IMG/VR virus record: IMGVR_UViG_3300017716_001548
Location: 1 to 25,932 of that record
Source of the DNA: a virus
Taxonomy: Duplodnaviria > Caudoviricetes
Direction: 5' to 3' (one strand)
DNA: 25,932 nucleotides
Shown: positions 9,087 through 17,338 of the stretch, one piece after another
Numbering within the stretch: position 1 is the first letter of the stretch
Layout: every line of letters begins with the position of its first letter
Translations under genes and position numbers: made by a program
Notes under the pieces: model-generated
Told to the model about the DNA's origin: nothing
The model's input: only the letters and a program-made list of their open reading frames with translations
The model's database searches: none

Positions 9087-9212
9087 ATGCCTACCGTCCC
9101 TACCCTCCGCCTACTGTCGGCCTACCCTCTCCCAAAAAAGGGGGGGGATACCCCAAAAGGGGGGATACCCCAAAAGGGGGGATACCCCCCGCTTTTTTGG
9201 AGAAAGTGCTAA
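9087..9212 (+). CDS. Possible 41-aa leader ORF across the repeat block
   Basis: ATG 2 nt after the upstream stop; TAA 9210-9212 abuts ATG 9213. Low-complexity product, may not be translated. Confidence 0.3.
   Translation: MPTVPTLRLLSAYPLPKKGGDTPKGGIPQKGGYPPLFWRKC
9089..9203. repeat. Four CCTAC repeats plus three ~17-bp CCCCAAAAGGGGGGATA units within an inverted repeat
   Basis: CCTAC at 9090, 9099, 9110, 9121; exact units 9151-9167 and 9168-9184, variant 9131-9150; arms 9128-9147 and 9185-9203. Confidence 0.9.
9176..9198 (+). terminator. Possible intrinsic terminator/attenuator
   Basis: GGGGGG-ATA-CCCCCC followed by GC-TTTTTT. Confidence 0.4.
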
Positions 9213-10562
9213 ATGCCTTCTATCGACAGTTCCATAGCTACCAGCGGAAAGCAGTTCCAGCTTGCCGACCCGGTACAGCAATACTCAAACATGCTGGCCA
9301 TCGAGAACGCGCAGCAGCAGGGGCGCACAGGGCAGCTTCAGTACCAGAACATGCTCCGTGCCAATCAGGAGCAGGACGCCACGAATGCGGCCTACAAGAA
9401 CGCTATTGGCCCGGATGGTCAGCTAATCGAGAACAGGCTGATTAGTGGGCTGGCGAGTAGTGGTGCCGGGGCGAGCCGGATACTGACCGCGCAAGAGTTT
9501 TTCCGAAAGATGAACAAGGATAAGGTTGATGAAGATAAGAGCAGGTACGAAATTGTCGGGAAAGCGGACTCTTTCTACAAAAACCTAATTGGACAAGTAA
9601 ATGGCCCAGATGAAGCGAAAATGTGGGTGCTTGCCCAGCATCAAGACCCGTATCTAGGGCCAATCCTTCGCCGCGCCGGATCAGTCAATGACGCCATTTC
9701 TCGCATCCCAAATGACGGCGCTGAGTTTAATCAGTGGAAAATGCGCCAAGGTTTGAGTATGAAGGATTTTATTGAAAAAACGACGCCTAAGATACAACCG
9801 GTCGATCTTGGCGGCACAGTTGGGTTTGCGAATATGAATCCGCTGGCCGGACCGCCTGGGCCGATGGCTGGCGTGGCTGAAGTTCCTAAAACGCCGACGA
9901 TTAGCGAACTGGAAACTGCGCGGCGTAACACGGTGACGGAGAGGATTGCCGGAGATAATCTTAAGGTTAATCAGCAACAGCTTGCGGATAGTCGAGATTT
10001 GGTGTTTCAGAGGAATCTGGCAGCGGCCAAAGAAGGCGTTGACGGAAGGCCGCTGACAGAAGCACAGGGCAATGCTACGGGGTTTGGGTTGCGTGCTAGA
10101 GAGGCAGCTGACCTGATTAACGAACTTGAGACAAATGGCACATTTGGGCGCCTGGCAAACGTCAACAGCGCAATAAGATCAGGTCTTGAGAGAGTTCCAA
10201 TAGTGGGCACAGCGGCAGGGGGTTTAATTGGCGGCGCTGGGCATCTCGCATTGTCTACAAAACAACAACAATATGCACAGGCGCGGGATAACTTTATCCG
10301 CGCCGTGTTGCGGAAAGAATCTGGCGCAACCATTTCTCCGGCTGAAATTCAAGGCGCGGAGGAACAGTATTTCCCGAGAGCGGGGGAAAACAAAACTGTT
10401 ATAAAGCAGAAACAAGACAATCGAGAAACGGCGATTGAATCTCTGAAGATTCAAGCTGGCCCCGGTGCGAGGAAAATACCGGCAAGGAAGGCTGCGCCTG
10501 ATCTAGACGTTTCAAAAATGAGCGATGCTGACCTTAAAAAATCACTTGGGCTGCCGCCGTAA
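9213..10562 (+). CDS. DNA ejection protein, gp20-position
   Basis: 449 aa helical, Gln-rich N-terminus; AVLRKESGA.I...E....QYFP motif; GGAG RBS; synteny. Confidence 0.7.
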   Translation: MPSIDSSIATSGKQFQLADPVQQYSNMLAIENAQQQGRTGQLQYQNMLRANQEQDATNAAYKNAIGPDGQLIENRLISGLASSGAGASRILTAQEFFRKMNKDKVDEDKSRYEIVGKADSFYKNLIGQVNGPDEAKMWVLAQHQDPYLGPILRRAGSVNDAISRIPNDGAEFNQWKMRQGLSMKDFIEKTTPKIQPVDLGGTVGFANMNPLAGPPGPMAGVAEVPKTPTISELETARRNTVTERIAGDNLKVNQQQLADSRDLVFQRNLAAAKEGVDGRPLTEAQGNATGFGLRAREAADLINELETNGTFGRLANVNSAIRSGLERVPIVGTAAGGLIGGAGHLALSTKQQQYAQARDNFIRAVLRKESGATISPAEIQGAEEQYFPRAGENKTVIKQKQDNRETAIESLKIQAGPGARKIPARKAAPDLDVSKMSDADLKKSLGLPP

Positions 10563-12670
10563 TGGATCAGAATAATCTGAAGTTAATGGAAGAAGCGCAA
10601 AAGCGCGGTATTTTGCCGCCAGAACAGTCCGCGATGTTTGACGAGGCGAAAAAGCGCGGGCTGGTTAAGTTGGACGCAATGGATACTTCTGCCATGACTC
10701 CTGAAATTCCATCTGCCGCAGTCAAAGTCGGGCGCGGCATGATGGATTTATACCAAGGCGTAAAGCAGCTTGGCTTGATAATATCAGATGCATTTACGGG
10801 CAAGAAAGACGCGGACGTTTATACAAAGCAGGTCGGTAAGGAAATAGCCAACTATGAACGCGGGCGTGGCGGTCAGGCGAAGATGGGACAGACCATAGCC
10901 GGCAACGAAACAATTTCTGCATATCAGCCGAGGCAACCGGCAGCATTTGATTGGTTTCGGTTGGCAGGAAATATTTTAAATCCGACGGTGTTGGCCCCCG
11001 CGAGCATCGGCGGGAATTTGGCGACAAAAACTGTAGCCGCCACTGCTACCGGGGCCGGAGTTACCGGGCTAATGTTTAACCCAGAAGGGGAAAGCAGGGC
11101 CGAGAAAATGGCATTGGGTGGAACTGTTGCAGGGGCCATCCCAGGGGGCGCACAGTTGGTAACAGGAGCGGCGCGCAAGGGCGTAAATGCATCCGCTGAT
11201 TTAATCTCCAGATCAGTCGGCAACGGCATGAACACGCTGGCGTTGACGCAGCAACTAGAGGCAATTGTTAGTCGCGCTGGTGGTGATTGGGTAAGCCTTA
11301 ATCCACAAATTCAGGAATCGCTGCGTTCTGAGGCAGTAAGGCAACTTGCTGTAGGTAACTTAAATCCAGATGCATTGGTTCGCGTTGCGCGGGCACAAAT
11401 GCTTGACCCTAGATTGCAATTGACTCGAGGGCAAGCGACACGCGCTCCAGCAGACTGGCAGACAGAACAGAACCTACGCGGAATACAGGTGGTTGGCGAT
11501 GATCTTAGGACAAGATTTGGAGAACAGGGGCAAATCTTAGGAGAACAGGCAGAGCGTTTGCGCGGGACTAACGTAACCCCGTATCAGGCTGGGGATCGCG
11601 CTGTTTCAACGATACAGCAGAAGGCGCGTGAAACTGGCGACGAAGTATCCGCGCTTTATACTGCCGCAAGGGATACCGTTGGCGCACAGGCAAATGTACC
11701 GCTTGGGCCGATGCATATACGCGCAATGGCTGCCCTTAACGACTTCGACGATGTTATTCCTAGCCCCATCAAAGCACGCCTTGAGGCGCTTGGCATCGGG
11801 CGCATGGGGCCAACAAAGGCGACGAAAGCATTTACAGTCGAAGAAGCGGAAGCGCTGGACAAACTAATAAACAGACGCTGGGACGCGAGCAATAGACCGC
11901 TGACCGCCGCGCTCGGACAAATCAAGGGCGCAATCAGGGAATCGCTGGACAGCATTGGTGATGAAGTTGGCGCTGATGCAGCAGCAGCGTTCCGTGTTGC
12001 CAAGGGCCGGGCAGCGGAGCGGTTTGATGAATTTGGACAGCGGATAGCAAAGGCCGCATCTGACGATGTTGCTCCCGATAAATTCGTGCGTAAATTCGTT
12101 GTCAATGGAGATGTTCGAGACATTACTTCATTAGTTCGCACGCTCACAACTGGTTCTCCAGAACAAATTATCCGAGGAAACGCGGCCTTGGGTAGCATTC
12201 GTGCGGCCACATTAACAGAACTGTTTGAGCGTAATGGCGCATTGGCCGATGGCGTGTTGTCAGGGGCAAAACTGGACAGGGCTCTAAAGGACATTGGGCC
12301 GGAACGTATCCGCGCCATCTTTACGCCAGCGCAGGTTCAGCAGTTAGAATTGCTACGTCGCGTGTCGCTTGACCTGACCAAGCCACCACCGTTGGCAGAT
12401 ATAAATTACAGCCGCACAGCTGGGGCGCTGGCAAATTTGCTTGGTTCAATCAGCAAAGTTCCGGGGCTTGGGTTTATGGGGAAAATGGCGCAAGGAGAAA
12501 TAGAGCGCGGGCAGGCCAAAACATCAGCAGCGGCTTTGCGTGGTGTCGCTAAAATTCCACGGCAACCATTAGAAATTGTTTCCGAACAAGGGCAGAACGC
12601 CCTAGCTAGGCGCATAACTGGCATGACAGTGCCGCCGGTAAATGCTTTGATGTATCAGGAAAATCAATAA
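10562..12670 (+). CDS. Large DNA ejection protein, gp16-position
   Basis: 702 aa Ala/Gly-rich helical protein; LTRGQATR and NYSRTA motifs; TAATG coupling; synteny. Confidence 0.7.
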   Translation: MDQNNLKLMEEAQKRGILPPEQSAMFDEAKKRGLVKLDAMDTSAMTPEIPSAAVKVGRGMMDLYQGVKQLGLIISDAFTGKKDADVYTKQVGKEIANYERGRGGQAKMGQTIAGNETISAYQPRQPAAFDWFRLAGNILNPTVLAPASIGGNLATKTVAATATGAGVTGLMFNPEGESRAEKMALGGTVAGAIPGGAQLVTGAARKGVNASADLISRSVGNGMNTLALTQQLEAIVSRAGGDWVSLNPQIQESLRSEAVRQLAVGNLNPDALVRVARAQMLDPRLQLTRGQATRAPADWQTEQNLRGIQVVGDDLRTRFGEQGQILGEQAERLRGTNVTPYQAGDRAVSTIQQKARETGDEVSALYTAARDTVGAQANVPLGPMHIRAMAALNDFDDVIPSPIKARLEALGIGRMGPTKATKAFTVEEAEALDKLINRRWDASNRPLTAALGQIKGAIRESLDSIGDEVGADAAAAFRVAKGRAAERFDEFGQRIAKAASDDVAPDKFVRKFVVNGDVRDITSLVRTLTTGSPEQIIRGNAALGSIRAATLTELFERNGALADGVLSGAKLDRALKDIGPERIRAIFTPAQVQQLELLRRVSLDLTKPPPLADINYSRTAGALANLLGSISKVPGLGFMGKMAQGEIERGQAKTSAAALRGVAKIPRQPLEIVSEQGQNALARRITGMTVPPVNALMYQENQ

Positions 12671-12807
12671 AGAGGACGAAGCAAAATGATCTTTATCTTT
12701 CCATCCTTCATGCGCTTTTTGATAAAACAGCGGATAGGCCATCCAATCGCATACGTTATAAACAGCAATACGATTGGTCTTAGAAACGCTGCAAGTGTGT
12801 ACGTCAT
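12664..12807 (-). CDS. 47-aa membrane protein, candidate superinfection exclusion (not in ORF track)
   Basis: MTYTLAAFLRPIVLLFITYAIGWPIRCFIKKRMKDGKIKIILLRPLY; hydrophobic helix then basic tail; AT-rich; fills the gap antisense. Confidence 0.65.
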   Translation of the reverse strand: MTYTLAAFLRPIVLLFITYAIGWPIRCFIKKRMKDGKIKIILLRPLY

Positions 12808-12813
12808 AACGAC

Positions 12814-12822
12814 ACTATAGCA
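12814..12822 (-). promoter_or_regulatory. Extended -10 promoter for a leaderless transcript
   Basis: TG-C-TATAGT, then 6 nt, then ATG 12807. Confidence 0.55.
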
Positions 12823-14243
12823 TGGCAACTAAATACCTCCCCGAATCCCCGGTCTTTCACGCAACTGACCAGAACGGCACGCCGCTGGACGGTGGCTTTC
12901 TATATACCTACGCAGCCGGCACCACGACGCCGATTGCCACGTATTCCAACGACTCGGGCAGCGTCAACGCGAATCCGATAGTGCTGAACTCACGCGGCGA
13001 ATGCACCCTGTTCCTGACCGAAGGGCTGAAGTACGACCTGAGACTGACCAACGCGCAGGACGTGCTGGTGTGGACGGCTGACCGCGTATCGGCTCCGGTA
13101 ACGCCCTCGTCCTACATGGCCACGTTATCGGCCACTGCCAGCCAGTCGGCCATGTTCACGACCATCGTTGCGCCTGGTGGCACCATTACCGGGGCGATCA
13201 ACATGGAGGCGGCGTTCAACTTCCCGACGCGCATCACCGTGGCATCGGCTACATCGACTGCGATTGGCGCGGCGGCGTCCGACTCAATCACAATCAGCAG
13301 CGCCGTGGCCACGGTATTGTGGACGGCCAGAACGAGCGCGGCTGACCTGCTCTGGACGGGCATCGCGTGGGCATCGGACTTAGGCCTATTCGCAGCGGTG
13401 GCAGCAGACGGCACCGGGTCGCAGATTATGACCTCACCGGACGGCACCGCCTGGACAATACGCTCGCACAGCGGAAGCTCGCGGGCATTCACCGGCATTA
13501 CATGGTCGCCTGACTTGGCCATATTTTGTGCGGTGGCGAACAATGACGGGGGGCTTGCTGCCAGCTTGCAGGTCATCACGTCCACTGACGGCATCACTTG
13601 GACAAATTGCACCGCATCGGCAAACAACGACTGGGCGCGGGTGAGTTGGGCACCATCCCTGACGCTCTTTTGCGCCGTTTCGACCGACGGCGCAAGCCGG
13701 GTAATGACCTCCCCTGACGGCGTGACGTGGACGTCCAGAACGGCGGCAGCGGCAAATCAATGGCAGGCGGTGTGCTGGTCGCCAACTTTGAGCTTGTTTG
13801 CAGCGGTGGCCCAGTCTGGGGTAGGCAACCGGGTAATGACCTCGCCGGACGGGATCACATGGACTTCCAGAACGTCTGCCGAGGACAATACGTGGTTCGA
13901 CATTACGTGGTCGGTTGAACTAGGCTTGTTTTGCGCGGTGTCCTCTGACGGCGTTACCCGAGTAATGACATCCCCAAATGGGATAACATGGACTGGTCGC
14001 ACCGCGGCAGCAGCGAATCAGTGGCTTGGCGTTATCTGGGTTGCTGCGTGGGGGCTGTTTGTTGCGGTGGCTAATACAGGATCCGATAGAGCAATGACCT
14101 CGCCAGATGGCACCACTTGGACGGGCAGCACGACACCGAACACGAACAACTACGCATCCTTGGCCTACGCGCCTTCCTTGGCGCTGGCGGCTGCGGTGGC
14201 ACAATCCGGCACTGGTAATAGAGTAATGACAGGGGTTATTTAA
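12822..14243 (+). CDS. Tail spike/fibre 1: virion-attachment N-domain plus 7-bladed beta-propeller
   Basis: G.PL.GG.LYTYAAGTTTP..TY, NPIVLNSRG N-terminus; about seven 43-49-aa repeats with TSPDG.TW and LF.AV. Confidence 0.8.
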   Translation: MATKYLPESPVFHATDQNGTPLDGGFLYTYAAGTTTPIATYSNDSGSVNANPIVLNSRGECTLFLTEGLKYDLRLTNAQDVLVWTADRVSAPVTPSSYMATLSATASQSAMFTTIVAPGGTITGAINMEAAFNFPTRITVASATSTAIGAAASDSITISSAVATVLWTARTSAADLLWTGIAWASDLGLFAAVAADGTGSQIMTSPDGTAWTIRSHSGSSRAFTGITWSPDLAIFCAVANNDGGLAASLQVITSTDGITWTNCTASANNDWARVSWAPSLTLFCAVSTDGASRVMTSPDGVTWTSRTAAAANQWQAVCWSPTLSLFAAVAQSGVGNRVMTSPDGITWTSRTSAEDNTWFDITWSVELGLFCAVSSDGVTRVMTSPNGITWTGRTAAAANQWLGVIWVAAWGLFVAVANTGSDRAMTSPDGTTWTGSTTPNTNNYASLAYAPSLALAAAVAQSGTGNRVMTGVI

Positions 14244-15361
14244 TGGCTAAATATCTCGCTCCGGCCCCAAAGTTTCAGGCTTTTACCGCTGCCGGCGTTC
14301 CTCTCTCGGGGGGCAACGTCTACACGTATGCCACTGGCAGCAGCACGCCCTTGGCGACCTACACTGATTCTGGCGGCGGTACTCCGAACGCAAACCCGGT
14401 CATCCTCGATTCTCGCGGTGAGGCCAATATCTGGTTCAACCCAGCTGAACTGTACCGGATTACGGTCACAGACTCATCGGGCGACGCAATCTACGGCCCG
14501 ATAGACAGCGTGGCCGGCAGCGTCACGCCATCGGCCTATTTTGCCACCCTAATGCCCCTGACCAGTCGCGCACAGGTATTTGACGCGGTGGTAGCTCCGG
14601 GCGGCACAATTACCGCAACAATCCTCATGTCAGGTGCACCGCTCAACTTCGCGGCCCGCGTCACGGTAGCCTCTGCAACATCAACCCCTATTGGCGCGGC
14701 GGCGTCCAACAACATAACGGTGAGCGGCGTGGCTAATATAACTTCCTTTGACAACGTATCCGATGGCATTCTGCGTTGGGTCACTTTCTCAGGCATCCTG
14801 ACCCTGACCTATAACGCCACCTCCATGATCCTTCCAACTGCGGCCAGCATTACAACGGCGGTTGGAGATGCGGGCCTGTTTCAGTCCCTTGACTCTGGCA
14901 ACTGGAAATGCCTGTTCTACCAGCGAGCGGATGGAACGGCCCTTGCCGGAACAACATCGGTTGCGACTCAGGCGCAGATGGAAACGGCTACCAGCATCGC
15001 CGCAATGGTCACGCCGGGGCGCACAATTTATCATCCCGGAGTGGCGAAGGGTTGGATTGTCTACAACGGCTCGACCGATAGCGTGCTGGCCGATTACGGG
15101 TTCGGGGCGGTGACAAAGAACGGAACTGGGGATTATTCCTTCACCTTCGACACTGCATTTTCCTCGGCAAACTATGCCATCGTTTTCGGCGGTTTGCTGT
15201 GGACGAATGCAAATCAGTCGGCTATTGCCAGTGTGTATAACGGCACGACGCCTAGCACTACTGGATTCCGGGTTGAAACAAACGCCGTGGGCGGCGCTGT
15301 TAATCAAGCCCCCGCCGATGTAACTCGTTTGTGTATTACCGTATTTGGCGACCAAGCGTAA
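14243..15361 (+). CDS. Tail spike/fibre 2 with paralogous N-domain
   Basis: Same N-terminal ~160 aa; then LILP...ITTA.GD...GNWKC, ATQA.ME...VTP and AKGW...GTGDY...F....NY modules. Confidence 0.8.
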   Translation: MAKYLAPAPKFQAFTAAGVPLSGGNVYTYATGSSTPLATYTDSGGGTPNANPVILDSRGEANIWFNPAELYRITVTDSSGDAIYGPIDSVAGSVTPSAYFATLMPLTSRAQVFDAVVAPGGTITATILMSGAPLNFAARVTVASATSTPIGAAASNNITVSGVANITSFDNVSDGILRWVTFSGILTLTYNATSMILPTAASITTAVGDAGLFQSLDSGNWKCLFYQRADGTALAGTTSVATQAQMETATSIAAMVTPGRTIYHPGVAKGWIVYNGSTDSVLADYGFGAVTKNGTGDYSFTFDTAFSSANYAIVFGGLLWTNANQSAIASVYNGTTPSTTGFRVETNAVGGAVNQAPADVTRLCITVFGDQA

Positions 15362-15385
15362 ATAAACCCGCAGAAAGGTTGCGAC

Positions 15386-15652
15386 ATGGAGTCCAATTTT
15401 GCTTTGGTAATTGAATACTGGTGGATCGCAATGGTTGGACTGGTCGGGATCATCTACAAGGCGAACATCAAGAAAATGGAGGAAATAAACGTAATAGCTT
15501 CTTCCGCTCTAACTCGCGCTGAGTTTGAGGACTACAGCAATAGAGCAACGTGCAACAGGAAAGAGGTGAGGGCCGATGTAACAAAACTGATTGAAGGCCA
15601 AACTAAGATGGCCGAGGCGATAGCCCGAATCGAAGGGAAGCTGGAAAAGTGA
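15386..15652 (+). CDS. Single-TM coiled-coil protein (holin/antiholin-like)
   Basis: N-terminal TM segment, C-terminal IARIEGKL; heads the lysis cassette. Confidence 0.6.
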   Translation: MESNFALVIEYWWIAMVGLVGIIYKANIKKMEEINVIASSALTRAEFEDYSNRATCNRKEVRADVTKLIEGQTKMAEAIARIEGKLEK

Positions 15653-15870
15653 GGCTGATCCCCGGCTGGCGCAAGCAGATCAACCGACTCTGGAGCGTGC
15701 GGGTGGCCATTGTCCTGGCGCTGCTTCCTGTCGCAGATCAGATACTCGCGCTGTTCGACAAGTACATCCCGTCGCTTACCTATGCTGTGCTGTCCATGCT
15801 GATTATCGTGGCGCGGGTGGTGGATCAGACGCCGAAGGAACTAGATGCAAATAAGCCAAGCGGGACTTGA
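15649..15870 (+). CDS. Putative holin
   Basis: 73 aa with two hydrophobic segments, W.....LWSVR and AR..DQ; overlaps the lysozyme start. Confidence 0.7.
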   Translation: MRLIPGWRKQINRLWSVRVAIVLALLPVADQILALFDKYIPSLTYAVLSMLIIVARVVDQTPKELDANKPSGT

Positions 15871-16276
15871 TCTAATCCGGGATTTTGAGGGCTGCAAGCT
15901 CGCCGCATACCAGGACAGCGTTGGCGTCTGGACGGTCGGATACGGCTCCACAGGGGGCGATGTCTGCAAGGGGCTGACCATCACGCAGGACGAGGCTGAA
16001 AAGCGGCTCAGGAAGCATCTGGAGGGCGTAGAACGGGCGATTGGCAGGCTGGTGACAGTACCGCTCACCCAAGGCGAGTTTGATGCCCTATGCTCGTTCG
16101 TTTACAACCTTGGCGAAGGTGCTTTAGCCAAGTCCACCCTGCTCAAGCTGCTGAATGCGTCGGACTACGATGGTGCGGCGCAGCAGTTCCTAAGATGGGA
16201 CAAGGCTGGCGGTCAGGTACTTGCCGGACTCACCCGGCGCAGGCAGGCCGAAATGCGAAGGTTTGAGGAGACATAA
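15845..16276 (+). CDS. Endolysin, GH24 phage lysozyme
   Basis: FEG.....YQDSVGVWTVGYG (E-D-T triad), FDAL.SF.YNLG, GLTRRR.AE; no SAR segment. Confidence 0.95.
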   Translation: MQISQAGLDLIRDFEGCKLAAYQDSVGVWTVGYGSTGGDVCKGLTITQDEAEKRLRKHLEGVERAIGRLVTVPLTQGEFDALCSFVYNLGEGALAKSTLLKLLNASDYDGAAQQFLRWDKAGGQVLAGLTRRRQAEMRRFEET

Positions 16277-16677
16277 TGTATGGCTACCTTGCTGCATTCC
16301 TTATGGTCGTGGCTATCGCGGGTTCTACCTACTGGCAGGGCCGAAAGGACGGATCGGCCAGTGTACAAGTCAAGTGGGACGCTGCCGCCTTTGCCGCAAT
16401 CGCGGCCACCGAAGCTGATCGAAAAGCCCAGCAGCAAAAAGCGCAGGCGCTATCCCGCCGTTACGAGGCGCGCATCGCCACCCAAGCCACCACGTCCCGC
16501 GAGATAAAGTCCCAACTGGAAATCGCCCTTGCGAAAACGCCTCTGCCTGCTGCTTGCGTTGTTTCTGATGGGGTGCGCGACATCATCAATGCCGCCCTTG
16601 CCGGAAAGAGTCCCGCCGCAGGAGAACTGCCTAGCGGGGCCGGAACCGCTGCCACGGCTACAGACGGGCCACGTTGA
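16276..16677 (+). CDS. Rz: Inner-membrane spanin
   Basis: N-terminal TM, Ala/Gln-rich helix, single C-terminal Cys; follows the endolysin. Confidence 0.8.
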   Translation: MYGYLAAFLMVVAIAGSTYWQGRKDGSASVQVKWDAAAFAAIAATEADRKAQQQKAQALSRRYEARIATQATTSREIKSQLEIALAKTPLPAACVVSDGVRDIINAALAGKSPAAGELPSGAGTAATATDGPR

Positions 16678-16765
16678 CGAGCTTATCCGCGCCCTGACTG
16701 AGACTGCGGCGGCGTACTGGCGGCTGGTGGAGCGGCATGGGTGCTTGGTCGATTTTGTGCGGTAG
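16529..16765 (+). CDS. Rz1: Outer-membrane lipoprotein spanin
   Basis: Signal peptide with lipobox LMGC, Pro-rich mature part, overlaps Rz in +1 frame; TTG start uncertain. Confidence 0.8.
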   Translation: MRKRLCLLLALFLMGCATSSMPPLPERVPPQENCLAGPEPLPRLQTGHVDELIRALTETAAAYWRLVERHGCLVDFVR

Positions 16766-16841
16766 GGCGCTTGAAATGTTCGTCTGATGGAATGAACCGA
16801 ACCATCGGGCACCACTTCTGTTTCGCTTGTTCTTCGGTCAC
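16683..16841 (-). pseudogene. Probably truncated hypothetical protein MTEEQAKQKWCPMVR
   Basis: GTG 16841 with AGGAG RBS; after about 24 codons it runs into the antisense of Rz1. Confidence 0.45.
16710..16770 (+). repeat. 61-bp direct repeat, copy 1 (3' end of Rz1)
   Basis: 51/61 identical to 17384-17444 by manual alignment, no gaps. Confidence 0.9.
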
Positions 16842-16863
16842 GGTTTCCACTCCTAAATTCACA

Positions 16864-17319
16864 TCAATATCTAAGGACCAGTCTTTCCCCATAGCCATAA
16901 TCCTTAACAGAACTGGCTTTTTTGAAATCATCGCACGATATAAGATCGAACACTTCAATTTTGTCTGGGAAAATGATTCGCGCCAAGCAGTACCACATGC
17001 CATCTATCAATTCCTCATTGTGCAATTTCAACTCAATACCATTACCAGTGTAACTTGACGCTTTAACCTCGACACATCTTCCGTCTTTAAGTATCACGTC
17101 TGCTATATGCTGATCGCCATTCTTCAGGACTGATTGATTTACCTTTCCGCCATATATCTTTGCCACACCAAGCTCGCCCATAACGCCAAACAAATGTGAT
17201 GCAAATGGCGTTATTTTTTCAGCAATGAATCTATCTCCGTTATGTTTTGTTGCTATTCTTTGCGCCGCAACAGTGATACAAAAACACAACTCAGGCGGGG
17301 AAAGAATGATGCCTTTCAC
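16864..17319 (-). CDS. PD-(D/E)XK-superfamily nuclease
   Basis: G.MGE..VA helix, AD and EVK motifs; GAGGAG RBS favours GTG 17319; AT-rich. Confidence 0.7.
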   Translation of the reverse strand: MKGIILSPPELCFCITVAAQRIATKHNGDRFIAEKITPFASHLFGVMGELGVAKIYGGKVNQSVLKNGDQHIADVILKDGRCVEVKASSYTGNGIELKLHNEELIDGMWYCLARIIFPDKIEVFDLISCDDFKKASSVKDYGYGERLVLRY

Positions 17320-17338
17320 TTCCACTCCTCAAAGTAAG

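Noticed and set aside
9131-9190. CRISPR mini-array
   Set aside because: Units are contiguous with no unique spacers and no cas genes.
13315-14230. Recurrent GTAATGACCTC-like DNA repeats as a non-coding array
   Set aside because: Explained by the protein blade repeats (VMTSPDG).
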